From an uncultured delta proteobacterium (lineage in GTDB: Bacteria; Myxococcota; Myxococcia; Myxococcales; Myxococcaceae), in assembly GCA_963796055.1 (NCBI GenBank), contig CAWCKH010000004.1:1440001-1504000 (forward strand): a stretch of 64,000 nt of DNA. The letters are read 5' to 3'. The translations under genes and the position numbers were made by a program. The notes under the pieces were generated by a model that worked only from the letters and a program-made list of their open reading frames with translations, had not been told where the DNA came from and ran no database searches. Positions 1 to 10,543 of this stretch are shown here, piece by piece. How positions within the stretch are numbered: position 1 is the first letter of the stretch; every line of letters begins with the position of its first letter.

Positions 1-856
1 TCCAGACGGCCCCCAGCGAGAGCCCCCGCATCTTTCAGCGCGACGGCAAACCGCTCATCCGTGCGCGCGACCTGGTGGGGCTGCGGCAGTCGACCTTCTC
101 CGACCTGTACTACTTCCTCATCGCCGCGCGCTGGCGCGTGGTGCTGGCAATCTACGGAGGCGGATATCTCCTGGTGAACGCGCTCTTCGCGCTCGCTTAC
201 ACCTGGACCGGCGGGGTGCTGAACGCCCGCCCGGGCTCCTACTCGGACGCGTTCTTCTTCAGCGCCGAGACGCTCGGGACCATCGGCTACGGGGTCCTGG
301 CGCCGCACTCGCTCGGGGCGCACGCGGTGGCGACGCTGGAGAACATGGTCGGGCTGCTCGGGCTTGCGACCTTCACCGGCATCACCTTCGCCAAGTTCAG
401 CCGCCCGAAAGCTCGGATCTTCAGCGATGTGGCGATCGTCGCCCCGCGCAACGGGATGGCGACCTTCAGCTTCCGGGTGGCGAACGAGCGGGTCAACCAC
501 GTCGTGCAGGCGGCACTGCGGGTGACCCTGGTGCGGTCCGAGGTGACCGCCGAAGGCGAGCGCTACCGGCGGATGGCGGACCTGCCGCTGGCCCGGAGGC
601 GAGCCCGATGCACGGGGTGACGCCGGAGGCCTTTGCCGAGGGGAAGATGGAGATTCTCGTCACCTTCACCGGGTGGGACGAGACGCTGGCGCAGACCATC
701 TACGCCAGGCAGTCGTACGTGGCGTCGGAGCTACGCTGGAACCACCGGTTCCGCGACGCGATCCGGATGGCGTCCGACGGGTCGCGCCAGGTGGACTACG
801 CGCAGTTTCACCAGACCGAGGCCCTGCCCACCGACGCCGACCGGGTGTCGGCCTGA
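1..856 (+). pseudogene. Inward-rectifier K+ channel (KirBac family), 5'-partial, disrupted near nt 595-600 by an apparent deletion plus frameshift
   Basis: TIGYG selectivity filter, FSDLYY slide helix, FAKFSRP and FRVANER in the 75..620 frame, which is open to the window edge. The C-terminal part SPMHG..TFTGWDETLAQTIYARQSY lies in a second frame (608..856). Confidence 0.85.
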
Positions 857-1212
857 ATCCGCGCCGCGCGCTTGTCCAGCTCGGTACAGACCCGCTCCAC
901 GAAGTGGACGATGTCCCAGGGCTTTCGGAGCACGCTGATGCCCCCGAACGACGACCGGGATGTGGGCCCGCTGGTCACCAGCAGGCACGCGACCTCGGGG
1001 AAGTGCGCCCCGACGGCCCCGAGGAACAGGTCGCCGCGGGCGTCCTCGAGCTGGACGTCCGAGACCACCAGGTCGGGCCGCTCGGACTTCAGCCGGTCCA
1101 GAGCTTCGTGGGCAGACCGGACCGAGTCCACCTCGTACCCCCGGCGGACAAGCCCGTGACGCATCAGGGCGAGGACAGCCGGGTCGTCCTGGATGATGAG
1201 CACGCGTGGCAT
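808..1212 (-). CDS. Single-domain response regulator (receiver domain)
   Basis: MPRVLIIQDD..PDLVVSDV..LLVTS..LRKPW receiver motifs; ATG at 1212 in the 808..1737 frame; 3' end overlaps the convergent channel gene. Confidence 0.8.
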   Translation of the reverse strand: MPRVLIIQDDPAVLALMRHGLVRRGYEVDSVRSAHEALDRLKSERPDLVVSDVQLEDARGDLFLGAVGAHFPEVACLLVTSGPTSRSSFGGISVLRKPWDIVHFVERVCTELDKRAARIQADTRSASVGRASVW

Positions 1213-1432
1213 CGCAGGAGGGACCTTGCCCTGCGGGACACCGCCCGTCAGCAATGGATTCTGGCATCGACGCAGCTGTTCAGTGGCCGACCTTGAGGAC
1301 AAGCGCTCGTCCGCTCCTCTATCACACGGTCTACCAAGCAGAACAGCATGGATACGTCCGGCGCCGTAGGGAAACGCGGCCACGTACCGCCCCACACCGG
1401 GGGTGGGACCCACGGCGCGACGACTGCTCCGG

Positions 1433-1458
1433 GAGGTGCCAGACACCTCGTTACGGGC
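1433..1458. repeat. Palindromic REP-like element, copy 1 (GAGGTG-CCAGA-CACCTC-GTTACGG)
   Basis: 24 nt identical to 22254-22277; 6-bp inverted repeat with a 5-nt loop. Confidence 0.75.
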
Positions 1459-2836
1459 CGGCGTTCCGAGGCTCGACGCGAACCGGCAGACCGCCTCTGG
1501 GCCGGAGCGTGACGCTGGGCTCCGGGACCACCGGACCGGGGCGGACTGGCACGAAGCGCCACCGGCCGGCGAGGGTGGCCAGTACCAGCATCGCCTCGTT
1601 CCAGGCGAACCCCTCGCCGATGCAGGCGCGGGTGCCTGCCCCGAAGCCGATGAAGGCATGGCGGTGGCGTGCGGCGCGGGCCTCGACGGTCCACCGGCCG
1701 GGGTCGACCTGTGCGGGCGCCGGCCAGAAGCGCGCATCCCGGTGGAGCACCCACGGACAGAGCACCGCGATGGTTCTTGCCGGGAGCACGGGTCCGTCGG
1801 TCAGGGGCAGCGGCTCGAGGACCCTCCGACCGATGACCCAGGCCGGGGGAAATAGCCGCAGGGACTCGCCGACGACGCCGCGGGTGACGGACAGCGCATC
1901 GAGGTCCTCGGCGGTCGGGAGTCGGCCGGCGAGCACCCGGTCCAGCTCGGCGTGCAGCGCGCGCTCCACCTCGGGATGGGTGGCGACCAGGTGGAACCCC
2001 CAGGTGAGCGCCAGCGCGGTGGTCTCGTGCCCGGCGAGGAGCAAGGTCATCACCTCGTCGCGGACCGCCCGGTCGTCGAAGACGCCGGCCTCGCGCGCCT
2101 CGAGCAGCGTCGCCAGGAGGTCGTCGTGCCGGGAGCCGCCGTGCCGCGCGACGAGCGAGGCCACCGCCGCCTCGAGCTCCGCGCGCGCCGCGCGGAACCG
2201 GCGGGTACGCGGCACGGGGAGCGAGAGCAGAAGACCGCCCAGCGGGAGCGAGAGGCTGCGGAACGCGCCCAGAGCCTCGGTGAGCGCGTCGCCGATCCGG
2301 CTGGCCTCGGCGGTGAGATCGGCGCCGAGGAGCGCCTCGGAGACGATGCCCAGGGTGAGCTGCATCATCACCCGCGCCAGATCGACCGTCTCCCCGGCGC
2401 GCATCCCCTCGGAGCAGGCGCGGGCCTGGCGGACCATCCCCGGCACGTAGCGGAGCAGCTCGCTCCGGTGGAACGCCGGCTGGAGCCGGCGACGGTGCTC
2501 GAGGTGGACCGCACCCTCGCTGGTGAGGAGGCCGTCTCCGAGCAACACCCGGGTGCTCCGGAGCGCTGGACCCTTCTCGACCTTCGAGCCGTGCGTCAGC
2601 AGCACGTCGCGGACGTGGTCCGGGTGGCCGAGCAGGACCAGGCGACGCCCGAGCACCCGGAACCGGGCGAGGTCGCCGCGCTCCTCGTGGATGCGGGTGA
2701 AGAACCCGAGCGCGTCCCGACGAAGCTGGAAGAAGTCATGGCCAGGAATACGGACCCCGGGCCGCCGGGGCGAGGCACGCCGGACGCCGGACCGACCTGC
2801 GGTCGTTCTCTCGGTGGATGCTCCAGGGATGCGCAC
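1451..2836 (-). CDS. Cytochrome P450
   Basis: I-helix AGHETTA, ExxR (ESLR), heme motif FGAGTRACIG; start codon uncertain. Confidence 0.95.
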   Translation of the reverse strand: MRIPGASTERTTAGRSGVRRASPRRPGVRIPGHDFFQLRRDALGFFTRIHEERGDLARFRVLGRRLVLLGHPDHVRDVLLTHGSKVEKGPALRSTRVLLGDGLLTSEGAVHLEHRRRLQPAFHRSELLRYVPGMVRQARACSEGMRAGETVDLARVMMQLTLGIVSEALLGADLTAEASRIGDALTEALGAFRSLSLPLGGLLLSLPVPRTRRFRAARAELEAAVASLVARHGGSRHDDLLATLLEAREAGVFDDRAVRDEVMTLLLAGHETTALALTWGFHLVATHPEVERALHAELDRVLAGRLPTAEDLDALSVTRGVVGESLRLFPPAWVIGRRVLEPLPLTDGPVLPARTIAVLCPWVLHRDARFWPAPAQVDPGRWTVEARAARHRHAFIGFGAGTRACIGEGFAWNEAMLVLATLAGRWRFVPVRPGPVVPEPSVTLRPRGGLPVRVEPRNAGP

Positions 2837-2892
2837 CTCGACGGATCAACACTCCCGGACGGCGCGCGTTGCAAGCAGGCGGCGCGGCTCGG

Positions 2893-3657
2893 TCACTTCC
2901 CGACGAAGGCGAAGTACTCGGTCGACGTGGGCGGGTGCTCCCAGATGTCGTTGTGACCTGCGCCCTCGACCTCGACGAACCGGGCACACGGAAACTTCGC
3001 TGCCAGCGCTCTCCCCAGATCCACGGGGATGACCTGGTCGCGGTCGCCGTGCAGCACCAGCACCGGTCTGTCGATCTGCGGTGCGCGTGAGGCCGAATCG
3101 AAGCGGTCGCGCATCAGGAGCCGCATCGGAAGGAAGCGGATGACCCGGGCGGCGACGTCCGGCAGCGACGTGTAGGGGGAGAGCAGCGCCAGCTTCGTGC
3201 CCCAGCCCTTCGCGGCGAGGGTGACGGCCACTCCCGTGCCGAGGGACTGCCCGCTCAGGATGATGCGCTCCTTCGCGATTCCCTTCGTGGTCGTGAGGTA
3301 CTGGAGCGCTCTCTCGGCGGCCTGGACGATGCTCTCCTCCGAGGGTGTGCCTGCGGCCCCGGGGTAGCCCGGGTACTCCACCGCGGCGAACGACACGCCC
3401 CGGTGCGCGAGCTCCTCGCCGAGCCAGCCCGTCCAGGCGATCTGCTCGCTGTTGCCGTGGAAGTGCACCACGACGGGGCCGGAGTCCGCCGCGAGCCAGA
3501 GCATGGGCGTCCCTCCGGGGACGTCGATGATCTCGCCCTTACCGGTCCATTGGGCGCGCTCCTTCGGCGCGGCAAACAGCATCGCGCGCTGGGCGAGGAA
3601 GAGCACCGCCCCGAGCCCGAGAAGCCCCACGGCCATCGCTGCCAGCAGAAGCATCAT
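2893..3657 (-). CDS. Alpha/beta hydrolase with N-terminal membrane anchor (ABHD12/13-like)
   Basis: FHGN oxyanion motif, GQSLG nucleophile elbow, HGDRDQVIP, GHND; hydrophobic N-terminus starting at ATG 3657. Confidence 0.9.
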   Translation of the reverse strand: MMLLLAAMAVGLLGLGAVLFLAQRAMLFAAPKERAQWTGKGEIIDVPGGTPMLWLAADSGPVVVHFHGNSEQIAWTGWLGEELAHRGVSFAAVEYPGYPGAAGTPSEESIVQAAERALQYLTTTKGIAKERIILSGQSLGTGVAVTLAAKGWGTKLALLSPYTSLPDVAARVIRFLPMRLLMRDRFDSASRAPQIDRPVLVLHGDRDQVIPVDLGRALAAKFPCARFVEVEGAGHNDIWEHPPTSTEYFAFVGK

Positions 3658-3680
3658 CCGCGAGCCGACCCTCGACGTCC

Positions 3681-4433
3681 TCACCAGATGAACGGGATGA
3701 GCGCGCGCCGATTCGCGGGGTAGTCGGGGAACTTCTCGCGGTACCACCGGTGGTTCGCCAGCGCGCGCGGCGCGAGATTGGCGAAGGTGAAGGCGGCGAA
3801 TGCCCACGCGGCCAGCGTCTGCGCCGCGACCGCGAACCCGACCCACTCGACGATCTCCGCCAGGTAATTCGGGGCGCTCACATAGGTGAAGCCACCGCCG
3901 ACCGGCACCTGGTAGCCGCTCTCACCCGGCGCCCGGAGCGAGCGCAGCACCTGGTCCGAATGGACGTTCAGCGCGAAGCCCAGGACGAAGAGCGTGACCC
4001 CGAGGAAGAAGAACGCGTCGAACGGGCGGTCGGTGAGCCCGGCCGCGTTCCCCGTGGCGTTGATCGCGTTGAACACCATTCCCATGGCGACGGTGAGCAC
4101 CGACTGGCGCTTCTCCGAATCCCTGCGCAGCAGCGAGAAGACGAAGGTGCGCTGCAGGTAGTGCACGAGCCAGAGTAGCCCCAGCACCCTCACCATTGGC
4201 GTGTCGAACCGTGGGTTGGCGATCCACACCAGGGCGAAGACGAAGACCGAGGGACACTCCATTGCGATCCACCCGAGCTTCGAACCCAGGGCAGGACCCC
4301 AGCCGGGACGGAAGTGACGCCCGTACGGGGCGGTCACGAAGAAGAGCAGCGGGAAGACGCCGGCGGCGGAGATCAACACCACCCAGGGTGCGGCCCGAGC
4401 GAACGGCTGGATCGACAGCCAGAGCGAGGTCAT
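3681..4433 (-). CDS. 3-oxo-5-alpha-steroid 4-dehydrogenase / steroid 5-alpha-reductase (SRD5A/DET2 family)
   Basis: APYGRH, WIAMECPS, HYLQR, NVHSD, GGFTYVSAPNYLAEIVEW, NLAPRA..HRWY..KFPDYP..RRALIPF motifs; multi-TM protein. Confidence 0.92.
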   Translation of the reverse strand: MTSLWLSIQPFARAAPWVVLISAAGVFPLLFFVTAPYGRHFRPGWGPALGSKLGWIAMECPSVFVFALVWIANPRFDTPMVRVLGLLWLVHYLQRTFVFSLLRRDSEKRQSVLTVAMGMVFNAINATGNAAGLTDRPFDAFFFLGVTLFVLGFALNVHSDQVLRSLRAPGESGYQVPVGGGFTYVSAPNYLAEIVEWVGFAVAAQTLAAWAFAAFTFANLAPRALANHRWYREKFPDYPANRRALIPFIW

Positions 4434-4647
4434 GGCGAACGAGACGGGGCCACCTTACCCGTGCCAACCCGCCGCGGCAGCGGAAGAGGAGCCCCGCCGC
4501 GTCGGACCGGGCGAGGGGGGTCGCGCCCGACGGCCAACGCTCGACGGCGAACCACCACTGCCGGTCGGCGCGGGATGCAGGCGACGGGACTCGCCGCACG
4601 CTGCCCGCGCGGCTCCGACTCGAACGTCCGCAGGACGCCCCTGCCAC

Positions 4648-6447
4648 TCAGTTCGGCGTGGTCGCCGGCGCCGGGCGGTTCGCGGCCGCGCGGAGCTTCT
4701 CCGCGGGCACGAACTCGTCCATGACCGCGCGCAGCCGCAGGTCCGGCGGCAGCATCCCCAGCGAGAGCACGAAGTCGTTGAACCGCTGCCGGTCCAGGCG
4801 GCCTCCCAGCGCGAGCTCGGCGCGCTGCCGCGTCTCCAGCATCGACTGGTAGCCGAAGAAGTACGAGGTGGCCTGCCCGGGCGCCCGGAAGGTGTACCGG
4901 TCGACCTCCTGCTTGGCCATGCCCTCGGAGAGGACGACCTCCTCCATCAGCACCCGCTTCGCCTCGTCGGGCGAGATCTGGCCCAGGTTCACCATCGGAT
5001 CGAGAAAGGCTCGCGCGGCTCGCAGCAGCCGGTGCTGGAGCGAGGCCAGCTGCCCATCGAGCGGCAGGTAGGGCTTCATCTCTGCCTCGGCATAGAGCGC
5101 CCAGCCCTCCACGTTGGCGCTGTTCATGGCGAAGATGGCGCGGGCGATCGACACGCCCTGCTCGAGCATCCGCGAGAACTGCAGCTCGTGCCCCGGCCGG
5201 GCCTCGTGCACGGTGAGCGTCCAGGTCGCGGCGTCGAAGGTGAAGTCGTCGGTACGCAGGTCCTTCTGCCCGGGAGCCCCGGGCGTGGCCAGCGGGAGCA
5301 CGAACTCGCCGTACTCACCGGTGTTGCCGATGAGCCGCGGCGGATTCATGTGCGGCGCGGGCTGCATCGCCGACTCGGCCTCGGACGCCAGCCGGATGAC
5401 TGCCTTGCGTTGGGGGAGCGTCACCACGTGCTCCCGCCGGGCAATCTCCTCCAGCGCTGCCAGGCGCTTGGAGTACAGCGGCATGAGCGCGGCGTTGGTC
5501 AGCTGCTTCTTCTTCAGCGCCCGCAGCACCGAGCGGTAGTCGCCGCCGGCGGGGAGCTTCTGCGCCCTGGCCACCAGGGGGGCGAGGGCGTTCATCTCGT
5601 TGCGAAGCTCGGCGAAGGTGACCAGCGCCCGGCGAAGCACCTCCTCGGGCGTGGCGTTGACCCCGTAGTTGCGGAGGTACATCGCATAGAGCTCCGGCGG
5701 GAGACGGCTGTCGGTGCGCGCGCGGGGGAGGATCTCCGCCTTGACCCAGGCGTCATAGGCGCTCATCTGCTCCGCGAGCTTCGCCAGCGGCTGCTCGTAC
5801 CCGTTCAGCCCCTGCTTCTTGAAGAGCTCGCCGATTCCCGCGACCAGCCGCTTGCTGTCCGCCAGCGCCTGCTCCACCTCGGGCTTGAAGGGGCCCAGGA
5901 GCTTCTTGTTCCCGAGCTGCTCCACGGTGCGAGCCTTCGCCAGCTCGGTGATGGGCGTCGACCCGGGCTCCATCCCTGCGTACCGGCGTAGCCGCACCAG
6001 CGCCGCGGCCTGCCGCTCCTTGGGGATGCGTGGGTCGAGCAGCGCGAAGATGCCGCCGAAGGCGGTACGCGCCGGGGTGAAGAACGGGAGCAGCAGCGCG
6101 TCCTCGAGCTTGCCGAGCTCGTTCTGTCGTCGCCCGGCATCGATGAGGATCTCGATGTCCTGCCGAACCCGCGAATCCTTGGTCGCCGGGAGCCTGGCCT
6201 CGAGGTCCTTGATCACCGCCTCGGTCGCGGCCCGGTTGCGCTCGCTGTACCCGGGCCCGAGATCGATCACCTTGTCGTCGACCCCCTCCACCCCGAGCCG
6301 TGCCGCGCCCTCGGGGAAGAACTGAGCAGTGATCTGCAGCATCGGCTGGGCGAGCGCGTCACTCTCTCGCACCCAGTCCGGGACCGGAGCGGCCAGGGCC
6401 GGGACGGCCAGGAGGACCAGGAGAAGGGGGAAGGGACGGACGCGCAT
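4648..6447 (-). CDS. DUF885 family secreted protein (putative metallopeptidase)
   Basis: Signal peptide; HEARPGHELQ, VEGWALYAE, EVDRY..PGQATSY motifs. Confidence 0.9.
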   Translation of the reverse strand: MRVRPFPLLLVLLAVPALAAPVPDWVRESDALAQPMLQITAQFFPEGAARLGVEGVDDKVIDLGPGYSERNRAATEAVIKDLEARLPATKDSRVRQDIEILIDAGRRQNELGKLEDALLLPFFTPARTAFGGIFALLDPRIPKERQAAALVRLRRYAGMEPGSTPITELAKARTVEQLGNKKLLGPFKPEVEQALADSKRLVAGIGELFKKQGLNGYEQPLAKLAEQMSAYDAWVKAEILPRARTDSRLPPELYAMYLRNYGVNATPEEVLRRALVTFAELRNEMNALAPLVARAQKLPAGGDYRSVLRALKKKQLTNAALMPLYSKRLAALEEIARREHVVTLPQRKAVIRLASEAESAMQPAPHMNPPRLIGNTGEYGEFVLPLATPGAPGQKDLRTDDFTFDAATWTLTVHEARPGHELQFSRMLEQGVSIARAIFAMNSANVEGWALYAEAEMKPYLPLDGQLASLQHRLLRAARAFLDPMVNLGQISPDEAKRVLMEEVVLSEGMAKQEVDRYTFRAPGQATSYFFGYQSMLETRQRAELALGGRLDRQRFNDFVLSLGMLPPDLRLRAVMDEFVPAEKLRAAANRPAPATTPN

Positions 6448-6551
6448 GGGGGCTCCAGGGAGTGGGCCGAAGGGTTCTGGTTGAAAGCCGTGCCGTCCGC
6501 CAGCGGAGAGCAGCGAATGACGACCGGCCGGTTCCGGGGGGCGTGTTCGCC

Positions 6552-6737
6552 TCAGCTCCGCCGGACCCGCTTGACCCGGATGTTCTCCACTCCCCGCGCC
6601 GGACCCCCACCGAACGTGAAGCGGATGTTCAGATGGTCGGCATCCAGGAGCTGGATGAGGAACGCCTGGACGTGCCCGGGGTTTCTGGGACCGACGTTGG
6701 TGACGTCGACCAGGGCGAACTCGGCGACTCCCGCGGG
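6552..6737 (-). pseudogene. Start-less C-terminal gene remnant (61 aa)
   Basis: Reads PAGVAEFALVDVTNVGPRNPGHVQAFLIQLLDADHLNIRFTFGGGPARGVENIRVKRVRRS* with GC-rich third codon positions; begins directly after the upstream TGA. Confidence 0.55.
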
Positions 6738-7220
6738 TCAGAGCTTGTAGCCGAAGCGGCGGAGGAGCTCCTTGCGCGCCTGGACGTCGGCGTCGGTCTC
6801 CACGCCGACCGGTGGGCTGCCGTCGACGACCCCCAGGATGCCGCGGCCGGACCCGGTCTGAGCGACGACGATCTCGACCGGGTTGGCGGTGGCGCAGAAC
6901 ACGGTGCAGAGCTCCGGCACGAGCTTCACGGCGTTGAGCACGTTCACCGGGAAGCCCTGGCGAAGGAACACGACGAAGCTGTGCCCGGCGCCGATGGCCT
7001 GGGCATTCCGGATGGCGAGGGCCGTGAGCTCCTCGTCATTGCCCGAGCGACGCACGAGGCGCGGACCGGACGACTCGCAGAAGGCGATGCCGAAGCGGAG
7101 CTGCGGCGAGGCGCCGGCGAGCGTCTCGTGCAGGTCCTCGACCGTCTTGATGAAATGGGACTGGCCGACGATGACGTTCACGTCGTCGGGCTTCTCGATC
7201 CGGACGGAAAGGAGCTCCAT
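6738..7220 (-). CDS. Adenosine-specific kinase family protein
   Basis: NVIVGQSHFIKTVEDL, FGIAFCESSG, GAGHSF, FCATANP, GVVDG and C-terminal FGYKL. Confidence 0.9.
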   Translation of the reverse strand: MELLSVRIEKPDDVNVIVGQSHFIKTVEDLHETLAGASPQLRFGIAFCESSGPRLVRRSGNDEELTALAIRNAQAIGAGHSFVVFLRQGFPVNVLNAVKLVPELCTVFCATANPVEIVVAQTGSGRGILGVVDGSPPVGVETDADVQARKELLRRFGYKL

Positions 7221-7387
7221 CGAACCCTCCGGGGCTTGGGGGACAGGGACAGCGGTACATGAGATGCAGGGCGATTCGCTGGCAATTCAAGCATGTGGAT
7301 TGCCTGAAGGCATCCGTGTGCCGCTCCGCAGCTCCTGCGCCGGCTCGGCGCGCCGGGCGAAGCGGGTGCGGAGCCATGGAGGACACC

Positions 7388-7771
7388 ATGAAGATCCTGT
7401 TCAGAGCTCACGCCTTCGTCTCTTGGGCGTTCGGGCTCGCTCTCCTGCTCGTTCCAGCAGCACTGCTCGCCGGCTACGGCATCACGGCCGACGCGAGCAG
7501 CACCATCCTCGCGCGGCTCCTCGGAGGAGCCCTGGTTGGCCTCGGCGTCATGGCCTGGTTTGCGCGCGACGCGGCCCCCTCGGAAGTGCTGCGAGGCATC
7601 ATTCTGGGGGACGCCGTGATCTCCACGCTCGGCTGCCTCGTTTCAATCCACGGCGTCCTGTCCAGCGCGAGCAACGCGCTCGGCTGGGTGAACGTGATCA
7701 TCTTCGGGTTCTTCGCCGTGTGCTTCGGTGCCCTCGCCGGCGGGAAGGCACCCGTCACCGCGCACACCTAA
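7388..7771 (+). CDS. Hypothetical 4-TM membrane protein
   Basis: GGAGG SD before ATG 7388; four hydrophobic segments. Confidence 0.75.
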   Translation: MKILFRAHAFVSWAFGLALLLVPAALLAGYGITADASSTILARLLGGALVGLGVMAWFARDAAPSEVLRGIILGDAVISTLGCLVSIHGVLSSASNALGWVNVIIFGFFAVCFGALAGGKAPVTAHT

Positions 7772-7871
7772 CAGCCAGCCAGTTCGGCGACGGCCGGCGC
7801 GAGTTCATGGCGCTCTGGCGCCGGCCCTTCTCGGGAGGCTGACGAGAGTCCAGGCCAGCACGGAGACGACA

Positions 7872-7904
7872 CGGGCCGCCGGATCACGTGGATCCAGCGG
7901 CCCG
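7872..7904. terminator. Hairpin downstream of glnA, between convergent genes
   Basis: CGGGCCGC-cGGATC-acgtg-GATCCa-GCGGCCCG inverted repeat. Confidence 0.55.
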
Positions 7905-7925
7905 CGCCTGCACGTCCGAGGCGGC

Positions 7926-9336
<1,411 letters not shown>

Positions 9337-9454
9337 GCGCCCTCCTGGCGGCATTCGAAAACGTGTGCTGGCGGATAAAGCCCCAGACTCTGACAAAAGG
9401 GAATGGGACAGGAGCCCCCAGGAACGGCGGGGCCTTAAGCTGTTCTGCTCCGCA

Positions 9455-9483
9455 TTGAAACGCGGACCGCACCTGCCTACGCT
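9455..9483 (+). promoter_or_regulatory. Sigma70-family promoter of hrcA
   Basis: TTGAAA-17nt-TACGCT, ending 18 nt upstream of the hrcA ATG. Confidence 0.55.
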
Positions 9484-9501
9484 TGGGGACTGCGAGCCGC
9501 C

Positions 9502-10533
9502 ATGGCCGAGCCGCTTTCCGACCGCGCCCGCGACGTTCTGCACGCGATCATCCGCGAGTACATCTCCATGGGTGGTCCGGTGGGGAGCCAGCAGCTGGCG
9601 CGGACCAGCGGCTTCGAGGTCTCCTCCGCCACGCTCCGCAACGTGATGGCCGATCTGGAGGAGCTCGGATACCTCGAGAAGCCGCACACCTCGGCTGGCC
9701 GGATTCCAACGGACCGTGCCTATCGCTTCTACGTGGACACGCTCATCCGCCTCCGCGACCCCAACCCACGCGACCGCGAGCTCATCCAGCGCGGTATCCC
9801 CACCAGCGGGACGCCCCTCGAGGAGTCGCTCCAGGAGGCCGGGCGCATCCTCCACTTCCTGACCCGTCACGCCGGCGTGGTGGTGACGCCACGTCCAACC
9901 TCCGGGACGTTCCATCGCATCGAGTTCGTCCGTCTCCGCGAGGGGCGGGTGCTGGCCATCCTGGTCGACCAGGACGGCCAGGTGCACAACCGTCCGGTGG
10001 CACTGGACTTCGAGATGTCGGCCGAGGATCTGGTCCGGGCGTCCAACTACCTCAGCGAGCTGCTGGAGAAGCTCCCCCTGGAGCAGGTGCGGGGTCGCAT
10101 CGAGCAGGAGCTGGCCCAGGACCAGGCCGCCTACGACCAGCTGGTGGCCAAGGCCCTGAGGCTGGGTCTGCTCGCCACCGGCTCGCCGCCCGCCGAGAAG
10201 GTGTTCATCGAGGGGACGGGAAGCTTCCTGGAGGCGCCGGAGTTCGCGGACGTCGAGCGGATGAAGGCCCTGTTCCGCACCCTGGAGGAGAAGACGCGGC
10301 TGCTGGCGCTGCTGGACCGTGTGCAGCGCGCGCGGGAGATGCAAATCTTCATCGGCCATGAGAGCGACCTCTCTCCCGGCGGCGACGTATCGCTGGTGGC
10401 CACCCCCTACGGACCGGCGGACCGCTCGCTCGGGACGGTGGGGGTCATCGGGCCGACGCGGATGAACTACCAGCGCGTCATCCCCCTGGTGCAGTTCACC
10501 GCCCAGGTCCTCTCGTCGGCCCTGGAGCCCTGA
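9502..10533 (+). CDS. hrcA: Heat-inducible transcription repressor HrcA
   Basis: PVGSQQL..SSATLRNVMADLEELGYL.KPHTSAGRIPTD..YRFYVD; GVIGPTRMNY. Confidence 0.97.
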   Translation: MAEPLSDRARDVLHAIIREYISMGGPVGSQQLARTSGFEVSSATLRNVMADLEELGYLEKPHTSAGRIPTDRAYRFYVDTLIRLRDPNPRDRELIQRGIPTSGTPLEESLQEAGRILHFLTRHAGVVVTPRPTSGTFHRIEFVRLREGRVLAILVDQDGQVHNRPVALDFEMSAEDLVRASNYLSELLEKLPLEQVRGRIEQELAQDQAAYDQLVAKALRLGLLATGSPPAEKVFIEGTGSFLEAPEFADVERMKALFRTLEEKTRLLALLDRVQRAREMQIFIGHESDLSPGGDVSLVATPYGPADRSLGTVGVIGPTRMNYQRVIPLVQFTAQVLSSALEP

Positions 10534-10543
10534 GGAGCACGCG

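Noticed and set aside
1451..2836. CYP51 sterol demethylase assignment
   Set aside because: The I-helix is generic AGHETT rather than the AG(Q/H)HTS type, so the family cannot be assigned by eye.
4452..4468. Sigma54 promoter (minus strand TTGGCACG) upstream of the steroid reductase
   Set aside because: The -12 element reads AGGT and lacks the required GC.
6738..6740. Selenocysteine recoding of the kinase TGA
   Set aside because: The TGA is at the family's normal C-terminus, not at a Cys-equivalent position, and no clear SECIS follows.
9340..9501. CIRCE operator upstream of hrcA (also sought before grpE/dnaK and hsp20)
   Set aside because: No TTAGCACTC-N9-GAGTGCTAA match found by eye.
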